Positions 9,919 to 17,690 of a DNA stretch of 64,000 nt are shown piece after piece; position 1 is the stretch's first letter; every line of letters begins with the position of its first letter. The translations under genes were made by a program, and so were the position numbers. Under the pieces are notes generated by a model. That model ran no database searches. It was not told the DNA's origin and was given only the letters and a program-made list of their open reading frames with translations. The DNA lies in the sequence record PQ464595.1; one strand, given 5' to 3'.

Positions 9919-10116
9919 TTACGCCTCCACTGATGACCAGGACGGCTTAACCATTGGTGTATCCATTTCAGCCTTGCGACGGGCGACTTCTTTATCAGCC
10001 AGATCGCGGGTGGCATGAGCAGAAACGAAAGTACCGCAGAAACGAATAACAAACTCTTTCTTTGGTGCTCCGGTGAATTCACCCTGTACTGAGTAACGAC
10101 GATCTTTCTGAGCCAT
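9919..10116 (-). CDS. hypothetical protein
   Basis: GAGG RBS. Confidence 0.65.
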   Translation of the reverse strand: MAQKDRRYSVQGEFTGAPKKEFVIRFCGTFVSAHATRDLADKEVARRKAEMDTPMVKPSWSSVEA

Positions 10117-10203
10117 GATAACTTCCTCTTAATTAATGGTTAGTGTGTTTCAGTAAGTTCATTATATAGTACTCGCATAAGAAAGCAAGTACTATTATTG
10201 AAT

Positions 10204-10434
10204 TTACAGCATAATAACTTTGTGATAACCTGGCAAATCAGACACAAATACTTCATTGCTGTTATTCAGTTTTTCAGTACTGATAGCAATGTTACCATGA
10301 TACTGGTCATTTGCCCATAACTGGATTAAACGGCTTGCTTCTTCCAGGTTATGATATTCTGTCAGTACTAATACTGTATCAGTTCCCGCTGTACCGATTC
10401 CAGTAGTGGTTACTGTTGCTTTAAACTGTGCCAT
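10204..10434 (-). CDS. hypothetical protein
   Basis: GAGG RBS. Confidence 0.65.
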   Translation of the reverse strand: MAQFKATVTTTGIGTAGTDTVLVLTEYHNLEEASRLIQLWANDQYHGNIAISTEKLNNSNEVFVSDLPGYHKVIML

Positions 10435-10445
10435 GATATATCCTC

Positions 10446-10514
10446 TTAATTAAATTCAACAGACAGCATTATAACAATAAAGATAAACAAAAGAAACTCT
10501 ATTTTGCGACTCAT
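10446..10514 (-). CDS. 22-aa hydrophobic micropeptide
   Basis: GAGG RBS, promoter upstream; MSRKIEFLLFIFIVIMLSVEFN. Confidence 0.45.
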   Translation of the reverse strand: MSRKIEFLLFIFIVIMLSVEFN

Positions 10515-10608
10515 TTCTTTATCCTCGTTTGCCCTTCCATGTGATACATATTACCATAACCAACGAACAAAGCAAGTACTATTTTCATTTTAATTTATAA
10601 CTTTTTTT

Positions 10609-10653
10609 GAACGGATCTTGCCACCCTATAGGGTTAGTCAGTTTCGCCTGATT
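10609..10653 (-). ncRNA. two-hairpin small RNA motif, copy E
   Basis: TCAG-GCGAAA-CTGA, ACCC-TATA-GGGT, GGCAAGATCCGTTC; own promoter. Confidence 0.7.
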
Positions 10654-10706
10654 GATAACAGTATAGCAAAAAGGGATTGAACTTGTCAACCCCTATTTTT
10701 GAATCT

Positions 10707-11009
10707 TTACAAATCGCGGATCGCCGTGGTATGTGTAATGTATGGGGAATGACCCATCAAATCCACCTTTGCCATCAGGGATATATGATCCCCTGCTGTT
10801 GGTAATGCTAACGCTTCCTGTACTGTGATCACTTCACCGAAAGAGTACTGATATTGTACAAAGCCCAACCAGCTATTAAAGATCTCGCCTGGTTTACATC
10901 CGTGCTGTACTAAGCACACATTATCAATAACAATCGGTTTACCTGTATGATCTCTCGTAGTACAGCTATAAGTAAATGCTTTCGCGAAGTTATCAATGTT
11001 ATCAGACAT
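10707..11009 (-). CDS. hypothetical protein
   Basis: ORF coupled to the upstream gene. Confidence 0.65.
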   Translation of the reverse strand: MSDNIDNFAKAFTYSCTTRDHTGKPIVIDNVCLVQHGCKPGEIFNSWLGFVQYQYSFGEVITVQEALALPTAGDHISLMAKVDLMGHSPYITHTTAIRDL

Positions 11010-11250
11010 TTTCTAACGTTACCTTAAGTGATTGTGTCATACGATGCCGCATTGCTTTTAGTACCATGCGACACGCTAACACTTTACCTTTATCATCCAG
11101 ACGTTTAAAGCCTGGCCGTTTCATCGTATGGGATTGTAACTGGGTCCAATTGTCTACCCGTTGTCCCTTGCGATAGATTATACAATGAATCTTGTCAGAA
11201 CTACAAGTAAAGATTACAACTAATCGTCTAGTACTATAGAATAGATCCAT
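11002..11250 (-). CDS. hypothetical protein
   Basis: AGGAG RBS. Confidence 0.6.
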   Translation of the reverse strand: MDLFYSTRRLVVIFTCSSDKIHCIIYRKGQRVDNWTQLQSHTMKRPGFKRLDDKGKVLACRMVLKAMRHRMTQSLKVTLENV

Positions 11251-11297
11251 AAGCTCCTGTACAGCGTTTTAAGAGGGGGCAATATGCCCCCTAGTGA

Positions 11298-11675
11298 TTA
11301 TACGTCTACCGTATCGTAAACTGTGCCAGTACCGATCCAGACGCTATAGCGTGGCAATGAATCCCATTGGTCGGAAGTCATGCCCAACGTGTGAAGATAG
11401 TCAGTATTTGCCATGCCTTTGACATTGTGAGCAGTACTGTATAACTTGCCCTTGTATTCATACGCCAGGCACATTTTGCGACTGTTCACATTACAAAGCA
11501 TTGATGTAACCAGGGTATTACATGCGAAGCGTTCACGAACTAATGACAATTCAGTACTGATACGCTTATTCAATCTGTCAACTTCTTTTTTACATTCAGC
11601 TTTTGTTTTCCCCATCATTTCGATATGGGAAAGTGCACCTACAATGTCAGCCTGGATTTCGTAAATCTTATTCAT
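11298..11675 (-). CDS. hypothetical protein
   Basis: AGGAG RBS. Confidence 0.7.
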   Translation of the reverse strand: MNKIYEIQADIVGALSHIEMMGKTKAECKKEVDRLNKRISTELSLVRERFACNTLVTSMLCNVNSRKMCLAYEYKGKLYSTAHNVKGMANTDYLHTLGMTSDQWDSLPRYSVWIGTGTVYDTVDV

Positions 11676-11736
11676 GTGATAACTCCTTTCGTTTAGTGTG
11701 AATACATAGTACTTGAAACTGACATATAACGCAAGT

Positions 11737-12333
11737 TTAAATTGTAGTTTTTATTACTTTCGCAGTGTCATTATTCCACCTTGCCCGATAAAAAGCATTT
11801 ACCACTTTACGATTACAGCCATAATCTAATAACTTAATATTATCATTTCGATCTTTACCCAAGTTGGATGATTTAATATCACCCTCATTACATGAATCAG
11901 AATGTAAATCAATGTCTTTTATTGATTTAAAGAATTTTGAATTTTTAGGGTTATATCGTTTAGCGGCTGCTATTAACCCTTTTTTTGTTTCTGTACTATT
12001 AATTAAACGTTGCATTACAATAAACCGATAATCAAGAGTATCGCACATTTCAGGATAAAGTTTAGCAAAGTACTTTTTATAATGTTCGCATCCAATACTT
12101 AAAGAATCCCATAACCGATATTCACATTCATTTTGTTCTACCCCAATTTCTGATAGACAAATTTTAATTACCCAATTATCGTTTAATTCAAAAACGATTC
12201 TACTAGACCACTTGTTAACTTTGCCTAATTGTTTTAGTCCAGCAGCACGACACATAGCAATGATTTCATCATTGGTTCTATGGTGTAAGCTATTAACAAA
12301 CTTTTTCCAGTAACGCATTGTATTGAACCTCAA
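11737..12333 (-). CDS. protein kinase-like protein
   Basis: SRIVF...WVIKI (subdomains I-II), G..QN..E (helix C), DIKSSNLG (catalytic loop), KLLDYG (DFG-like). Confidence 0.75.
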   Translation of the reverse strand: MRFNTMRYWKKFVNSLHHRTNDEIIAMCRAAGLKQLGKVNKWSSRIVFELNDNWVIKICLSEIGVEQNECEYRLWDSLSIGCEHYKKYFAKLYPEMCDTLDYRFIVMQRLINSTETKKGLIAAAKRYNPKNSKFFKSIKDIDLHSDSCNEGDIKSSNLGKDRNDNIKLLDYGCNRKVVNAFYRARWNNDTAKVIKTTI

Positions 12334-12412
12334 AGAGTATCTGATATAAAGATATTACCATATCCAACAAACAAAGCAAGTACTATTTGCGTTTTAATTT
12401 ATAATATTTTCA

Positions 12413-12458
12413 GGACGGATCTTGCCACCCTATAGGGTTAGTCCATTTCGCTGGAGTG
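12413..12458 (-). ncRNA. two-hairpin small RNA motif, copy F
   Basis: TCCA-GCGAAA-TGGA, ACCC-TATA-GGGT, GGCAAGATCCGTCC; own promoter. Confidence 0.7.
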
Positions 12459-12512
12459 ATTACATAGTACTATAAAAGGGATTGAATAGTCAACCCCTTT
12501 TTTTGTAAAGAT

Positions 12513-12695
12513 TTAAACTTCTTGCCAGCGTCCATTATAGAACGTATGCGTTTCAATATACATGTTGTTAATGTTGCTGATATATCCTACACTATCGGCA
12601 GCCCTGCGAGTAGCGGCATTCTTTGCTCCACGTTCGGACTTCACCTGGATAGGATAAGCCTTAGAACCGATCCCAATTGCGTATACTTTAGCCAT
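12513..12695 (-). CDS. hypothetical protein
   Basis: AGGAG RBS before MAKVYAIG. Confidence 0.65.
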   Translation of the reverse strand: MAKVYAIGIGSKAYPIQVKSERGAKNAATRRAADSVGYISNINNMYIETHTFYNGRWQEV

Positions 12696-12855
12696 TTTTA
12701 CGCTCCTGGATGCCTTTACATTCGCGAGGTAAACGACACTCGCACAACCAACGGGAGACGCCGCCAACATAACGGGCTGTAGGGCATTTGTTCGCGTTCT
12801 CCTGAGTGAACAAAGGCCATTCCACATTACCCCAGGTAGGTCTAACAGTTTTCAT
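12688..12855 (-). CDS. small Cys-containing protein
   Basis: GAGG RBS before MKTVRPTWG. Confidence 0.55.
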   Translation of the reverse strand: MKTVRPTWGNVEWPLFTQENANKCPTARYVGGVSRWLCECRLPRECKGIQERKNG

Positions 12856-12870
12856 TTTAAAACCTCGTTT

Positions 12871-12936
12871 GCTTAAGTGATAACTCATTGTAAAGTACTC
12901 GCCAGTAATAAGCAAGTACTTTTGACAATTAATTAT
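12871..12936 (-). repeat. 66-bp promoter cassette, identical to 13204-13269
   Basis: Exact direct repeat containing TTGCTT-17-TACAAT and two AGTACT sites. Confidence 0.9.
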
Positions 12937-13189
12937 CGGTGTAATTATAATCTAATTCACCTGATTCAATCAGATTATCAACGATCCGAATAACGCGATC
13001 ATTAGTGATCCCATACTCGCTATCTAAATTTTTATTAAGATACGCCAGTACAGTAATACACTGTTCATCTGTCAGGTTTTCCAGATGTTCAGCAGCAGAA
13101 CGAATATCGTCAGCAGTCCAAATATCTGCGACAATCTCTGCATCTTCATTGTACTGTTTCAGTTGTTCAATCAGTTCTGATACTTTCAT
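12929..13189 (-). CDS. hypothetical protein
   Basis: GAGG RBS before MKVSEL. Confidence 0.7.
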   Translation of the reverse strand: MKVSELIEQLKQYNEDAEIVADIWTADDIRSAAEHLENLTDEQCITVLAYLNKNLDSEYGITNDRVIRIVDNLIESGELDYNYTDN

Positions 13190-13203
13190 TTTTACATCCT
13201 CTC

Positions 13204-13269
13204 GCTTAAGTGATAACTCATTGTAAAGTACTCGCCAGTAATAAGCAAGTACTTTTGACAATTAATTAT
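13204..13269 (-). repeat. 66-bp promoter cassette, identical to 12871-12936
   Basis: Exact direct repeat. Confidence 0.9.
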
Positions 13270-13652
13270 AGATCTTTTTTGCGTTTCACGTCTGCCAGGT
13301 TTTCAGATACTGGAATATCATGTTCACGACAAAAACGTGATAACGTGCCGCAATCCGGTACTGGATAAGTACACGCCGCATCAAACAACGCCAGGGCAGT
13401 CTGGTCGAAACAACGCTCATAACCATATTGGAACGTATCTTGTGCCAGGTCGATCCATACTGTACCATCTTCTAACGGGCGATTGTACACGTTAGCTACA
13501 AGCTCGTTAGCACGTTCTACAGGCACCAGGACGCTAACATATACAGAATGATATGTGTTACCATCGCCACGGTTCCACCAGCGTTTAGCCGTCATAGTGA
13601 CCGCGTGAACGTCAGCGAGGTTAACAGTCTGGAAAATGGTTCTGTGTGTCAT
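13266..13652 (-). CDS. hypothetical protein
   Basis: GAGG RBS before MTHRTIF. Confidence 0.7.
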   Translation of the reverse strand: MTHRTIFQTVNLADVHAVTMTAKRWWNRGDGNTYHSVYVSVLVPVERANELVANVYNRPLEDGTVWIDLAQDTFQYGYERCFDQTALALFDAACTYPVPDCGTLSRFCREHDIPVSENLADVKRKKDL

Positions 13653-13761
13653 GGGTATATCCTCAATTAAAAAGTGGTTCACTGCTTCAGTACTGCCTAT
13701 TATACAGATTACTCATTTATGATCAAGTACTATCTCGTTTTAATTTACTTTATTTTAAAAC

Positions 13762-14075
13762 AAAAAATGCCCCAGGCTATGGGGCATTAATTGGTGAATA
13801 CGGTTTCCTTTCGGAAAGTCTAAGACGGCACGAATGCGATCATTAGAACTTCACACCACGCGGCTATTTAATAAGTAAGTTTGTTTAATTTATTAAGTAC
13901 CTGATAATCTTTCAGTACTAACCACAATCACCCTGTAGATGTGCTTTCGCTTTGTGGTTCCTGGTATAGACTTATTTTGTGTGCTATACGTCTTAGGGTT
14001 CTACGTACTGCCAGCAGGATATCAGCCTACTGGTTTCAATCTTAACTCCTTTGGCGTCTCGCCGTGTCGTTTCGA
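13762..14075 (-). ncRNA. candidate ~310-nt structured RNA
   Basis: TTGATC-17-TAATAT promoter, several hairpins, GCCCCA..TGGGGC-T6 terminator, no ORF of 60 aa or more on this strand. Confidence 0.5.
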
Positions 14076-14177
14076 TGTAGCTATATTATCATAACCAGCG
14101 AACCGATCAAGCGATTTAATTACTTATTTTCGATTCTTTTTCCTTGCATTCCTTATTCAGTACTGGCATAATACCTA

Positions 14178-14222
14178 CATACCGGCGAAACGGGAGACTC
14201 TAGAGAGTGGCAAGTTGCGTCT
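14178..14222 (+). ncRNA. two-hairpin small RNA motif, copy G
   Basis: TTGCAT(14144)-17-CATAAT; CCG-GCGAAA-CGG, ACTC-TAGA-GAGT, GGCAAGTTGCGTCT. Confidence 0.7.
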
Positions 14223-14243
14223 AAAATTCATTACTAATTCACT

Positions 14244-14289
14244 GGACGGATCTTCCCACCCTTGAGGGTTAGACCATTTCGCTGGATTG
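14244..14289 (-). ncRNA. two-hairpin small RNA motif, copy H
   Basis: CCA-GCGAAA-TGG, ACCC-TCAA-GGGT, GGGAAGATCCGTCC; convergent with copy G. Confidence 0.7.
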
Positions 14290-14341
14290 ATAGTACTTTA
14301 ACATAAAGGGCTAACCGAAGTCAACCCTAGATTTGTAAAGA

Positions 14342-14557
14342 TTATCTAACTTTCGGATTTACAATTTCAGCTAATCGGATCTGAATGTTTCCGTTGTTTA
14401 GTACTGAATCAGTGAGATCCTTCGCGGGTGATAGTTCCAGGAGTAAATCAGTGTCCAGGTCATCACTCCAAAACTTAATATCTGGATCGAGGTTCCCCGA
14501 TTCTTTCGCCAGCTTGTTAAGTTTCTTCAGTACTTTTCTAATCTCACTTAATCTCAT
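14342..14557 (-). CDS. hypothetical protein
   Basis: GGAG RBS, own promoter. Confidence 0.7.
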   Translation of the reverse strand: MRLSEIRKVLKKLNKLAKESGNLDPDIKFWSDDLDTDLLLELSPAKDLTDSVLNNGNIQIRLAEIVNPKVR

Positions 14558-14634
14558 TTTTGTAACTCCGTTTCCTTAGTGTGATACTAAGGTATCATAA
14601 GGGCTTGATGATTACAAGCCCTGAATTGTAAAGA

Positions 14635-15297
14635 TTATAACTTTTCTAATGCTTCCCTGATCCGTTCCTGTAGGTTCGTCGTGACAATGTTTTCCAGTGT
14701 CAGATCGTCAGGGTAGTTAATATCTGAGTTTTTCAGTACTTCACCCAGGCTAGGATCTTCCTGTACAATCCTCGCCGCCAGGCTATACCAAATTTGGTTG
14801 TTCTCAAAGTCCAGAACATCCCAAACGGCTTCATTAGCAGAATCACGCCATTTCATTTCTGATAACGCGAGGTTATAGTAATGCTGATACATGGTTTCAG
14901 TTAATGGCGTTTTCATCTTCTCTTTAAAGTACTGAATCAGACGATCCACCAGCTTGATCCGGTTCCCGCCGTGGATCGTGTCGTCGTCGTACAAGTTACG
15001 TTGAGCCGTGTACGCAATCCGCATATGATCGCGATTGTCGTTACTCATACCCTCCACCGGATAGGCATGATCTAATCCCATTGCTTCAAAGGCATCACAA
15101 AGAAAGTTAGTGCCGATCCCTGTTACGTCCTGGTTAGGCGTATGGGCGAAAACGTGCCAGCAGATCCCAAAAGTACGGGTAAGGTTGAACGGCTTACCTT
15201 TAACAGTGGTGTAAGTGTCGCCACGGTCTAAGCAGTCTTTCATCTGCTCCAGTACTTCTAAGGCCATTCTATACTGCTCTAATTTAAATGCGTTCAT
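14635..15297 (-). CDS. hypothetical protein
   Basis: 220-aa ORF, GAGGAG RBS. Confidence 0.8.
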   Translation of the reverse strand: MNAFKLEQYRMALEVLEQMKDCLDRGDTYTTVKGKPFNLTRTFGICWHVFAHTPNQDVTGIGTNFLCDAFEAMGLDHAYPVEGMSNDNRDHMRIAYTAQRNLYDDDTIHGGNRIKLVDRLIQYFKEKMKTPLTETMYQHYYNLALSEMKWRDSANEAVWDVLDFENNQIWYSLAARIVQEDPSLGEVLKNSDINYPDDLTLENIVTTNLQERIREALEKL

Positions 15298-15437
15298 GTT
15301 TACTTCTCCTCGTTTCGATAAGTTCTATTATCCATATTTGAACGGACAATGCAAGTACTGATTTACTTTTTTATTCACAAATAAGAAAACCCGCTAAAAC
15401 GCTCTGTAATGCGTTCTAACGGGTTTTATATGTTAGC

Positions 15438-15707
15438 TTATGCCTTTAGTGATTCTGCGTTAAAAGCCCCGCTAATGGGCTTACATTGGAGATTTACGGC
15501 ATAGTTTACTTTCTTGTGAATGATATACATACACGAATCAAATTGATGTGAATAGGGCATATCATAGATCCGACGCTGTACAAGTACGCCGCCAACTACA
15601 AAAGCCAGGTAGCCGCTAAACTCTGTAGTACGCGGCCCCGTTGCGGTCATAGTCTTTGCGATCCTGGTACGCGGATCAATCAGGTCTGAAATGGGTTTAA
15701 GTTCCAT
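15438..15707 (-). CDS. hypothetical protein
   Basis: GAG RBS. Confidence 0.65.
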   Translation of the reverse strand: MELKPISDLIDPRTRIAKTMTATGPRTTEFSGYLAFVVGGVLVQRRIYDMPYSHQFDSCMYIIHKKVNYAVNLQCKPISGAFNAESLKA

Positions 15708-15851
15708 AGGCGTTTACTCTCAATTAAAGGTAGTCTAAAACGCTCTAGGATTGATTCTAAGCGTTTCTAACAGTACTGTGACCCGATGATATTACAGTAC
15801 TGTTAGAACTGCTTAAGGGGGCATATAGCCCCCTTAGTTTACGCCGTGGGA

Positions 15852-16535
15852 TTACTCGCCAGCGGTTTCAGTTTCGACTTTGTACTGTTTGATAAAGTCG
15901 TCGCGGTCGAGCTTGCTTTCTGACAGAATCGCTTTGAGTTCGTTACCCATGTTACCTTTTACCGGCATATCGTACTGTTTGCCGTTGTATTCAACAGTAA
16001 CACGTTCGTAAGACACTACCGGAGCCGCCGCCGCTTTCAGTTTCGCTTTCGCACCAGCTTCAACCGCTGCTTTCGCCATCGTCAGATCCATACCTGAATC
16101 AATCAGCAGTTTCAGCATGGCTTTCTTCTCTTCTTCCAGTGCCTTTTGTGCGGCCTGGGCTTCCGCTTCGCGTTGTGCTTTCGCGGCGTTGCGTGATGCT
16201 TCGCGTTCCTGTTTACGTTTAGCGATGTTTTCCGCTTCGCGTTCCAGTACTGCCGGAATCAGTGCCACCGTCGCAGACAGCAGGCGGGAAATGATTTCTA
16301 CGCTGTCAGACTTATCAACCAGATAATCAGCCAGGGCGTTAGACTGTACGCCGACGAAAGTCGCAACGTCGCTTTCGAACTGAGCCAGTACTTCAGCAGT
16401 ATGTTCGGTCTGACCTTCTGGCAGGTTAGGCAGAACCGGAGTAGTCGCCAGAACGATGCTGTTCAGGGTTACTTTCGGAGCTTTAACAGCAGTTTCAACG
16501 GTAGCAGCAACAACAGTTTTGTTTGACTTAGACAT
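15852..16535 (-). CDS. H-NS/MvaT-like nucleoid-associated protein (putative)
   Basis: Coiled coil ending KAMLKLLIDSGMDL (cf. H-NS MLIADGIDP), flexible linker, C-terminal domain YNGKQYDMPVKGNMGNELK...LDRDDFIK; high-expression codon bias. Confidence 0.55.
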   Translation of the reverse strand: MSKSNKTVVAATVETAVKAPKVTLNSIVLATTPVLPNLPEGQTEHTAEVLAQFESDVATFVGVQSNALADYLVDKSDSVEIISRLLSATVALIPAVLEREAENIAKRKQEREASRNAAKAQREAEAQAAQKALEEEKKAMLKLLIDSGMDLTMAKAAVEAGAKAKLKAAAAPVVSYERVTVEYNGKQYDMPVKGNMGNELKAILSESKLDRDDFIKQYKVETETAGE

Positions 16536-16674
16536 AATATATACCTTCTTAAAAGTGATTGATTAAATTGTTTGTTTGTCTGATTCGCTCTTGCGTCTCA
16601 GTGATTACATCTTACAACATTTCGTTTCTTTCGGTCAAGGACTTTTTCAACTTTCTAGAAACTTTTTTTTCGTT

Positions 16675-16822
16675 TATCTCCAGGCGGTAGATAGGACGCT
16701 AACAGTTAGTTAGCCTTTATAACGCTGCGTTGCCTTACTGGTCATACGCGGTAAACAGTACTATCTAATCTAGCCCTGTTACCGTTTCCGTATCATGCGG
16801 CGAACCTGACCGCCTTTCGATA
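16675..16822 (-). ncRNA. candidate ~150-nt structured RNA
   Basis: Own TTGACT/TAGAAT promoter; closing helix AGGCGGT/ACCGCCT plus internal hairpins; no ORF. Confidence 0.45.
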
Positions 16823-17216
16823 ATTGACATTCTACACTACTCAATCTGACAGTCAAGTACTTTCGCAAATCTTTTTCGCGAAACCGCGTAAGTGTTTGTT
16901 TCAGTACTGAATGCCAGGTTTTTAAAGAGCGGTGTTTCGTGTCGTTGGAGCTATACTATCATAACCATCGAACCATGCAAGGACTATTTCACTATTTCTT
17001 TAAAATACTTTCGATCCTCGCTTTCCTTCCTTATATGCACTTATTGGTTCCTGTATCGCGTTCTAAGCCCTTTAACAGTACTAAGATACATAATCGCCCC
17101 GCTGTGAACCTGGTACGCTTAAACGGCTTTATATTACGTATAAGGAAGGGCTAAAAAGTTTTGTAAAGATTGTAGAAAGTCCTTGCATTATGATCTCAGT
17201 ACTGGCATAATACCTA

Positions 17217-17263
17217 CATAGACGCGAGAAAGCGGGAACCCCAGGGGGTGGGGAGTTGCGTCC
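17217..17263 (+). ncRNA. two-hairpin small RNA motif, copy I
   Basis: TTGCAT(17183)-17-CATAAT; CGC-GAGAAA-GCG, ACCCC-AG-GGGGT, GGGGAGTTGCGTCC. Confidence 0.7.
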
Positions 17264-17284
17264 AAAATTCATATAAAAAACTAC

Positions 17285-17328
17285 AGACGGATCTTGCCAC
17301 CCTCTAGGGTCGCCCATTTCGCTGGTGT
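17285..17328 (-). ncRNA. two-hairpin small RNA motif, copy J
   Basis: CCA-GCGAAA-TGG, ACCC-TAGA-GGGT, GGCAAGATCCGTCT; convergent with copy I. Confidence 0.7.
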
Positions 17329-17499
17329 GTGGATATAGTACTATAAATCGGCCAGGGATGTCAAATTTATTTTTATTAAAAAAAGTACTTGCATCCGTCG
17401 CTCAGTGTGATAATATAGCTCTGTCAACACGAAAAGACAGCTACTGATTCTGCCTGGTATTAACCAGACGCGGAAGGGGAGCTAATGGAAAAAAGCCAG

Positions 17500-17690
17500 A
17501 AAAAACCGTTTAGCCGTCTAAACGTCTAGCCACCTAGACGGATAGCCATCTAGCCTTTTAGCCGTCCAGAAGGATAGCCGTCTATACGTCTATACATCCA
17601 GCTATCTACACTTCCAGAAGTCTATCCATCTTCTGACAGCAGACGGGATAACTCCGTCTATCGAATACCTATACAGTACTATAATTGTAT
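17500..17690. repeat. cluster of short TAGCC/GTCTA iterons
   Basis: TAGCCGTCTA, AACGTCTAGCC, TAGACGGATAGCC, GGATAGCCGTCTA and similar units in a non-coding tract. Confidence 0.6.

Noticed and set aside
2924-13261. Similar-looking N-terminal extensions in track ORFs (MNSTC..., MLxxxEYF...)
   Set aside because: They are translations of repeated promoter cassettes; the true starts lie downstream after GAGG RBSs.
1258-17328. CRISPR array interpretation of the repeated two-hairpin units
   Set aside because: Copies are dispersed, on both strands, each with its own promoter, with no regular repeat-spacer periodicity and no cas genes in the window.
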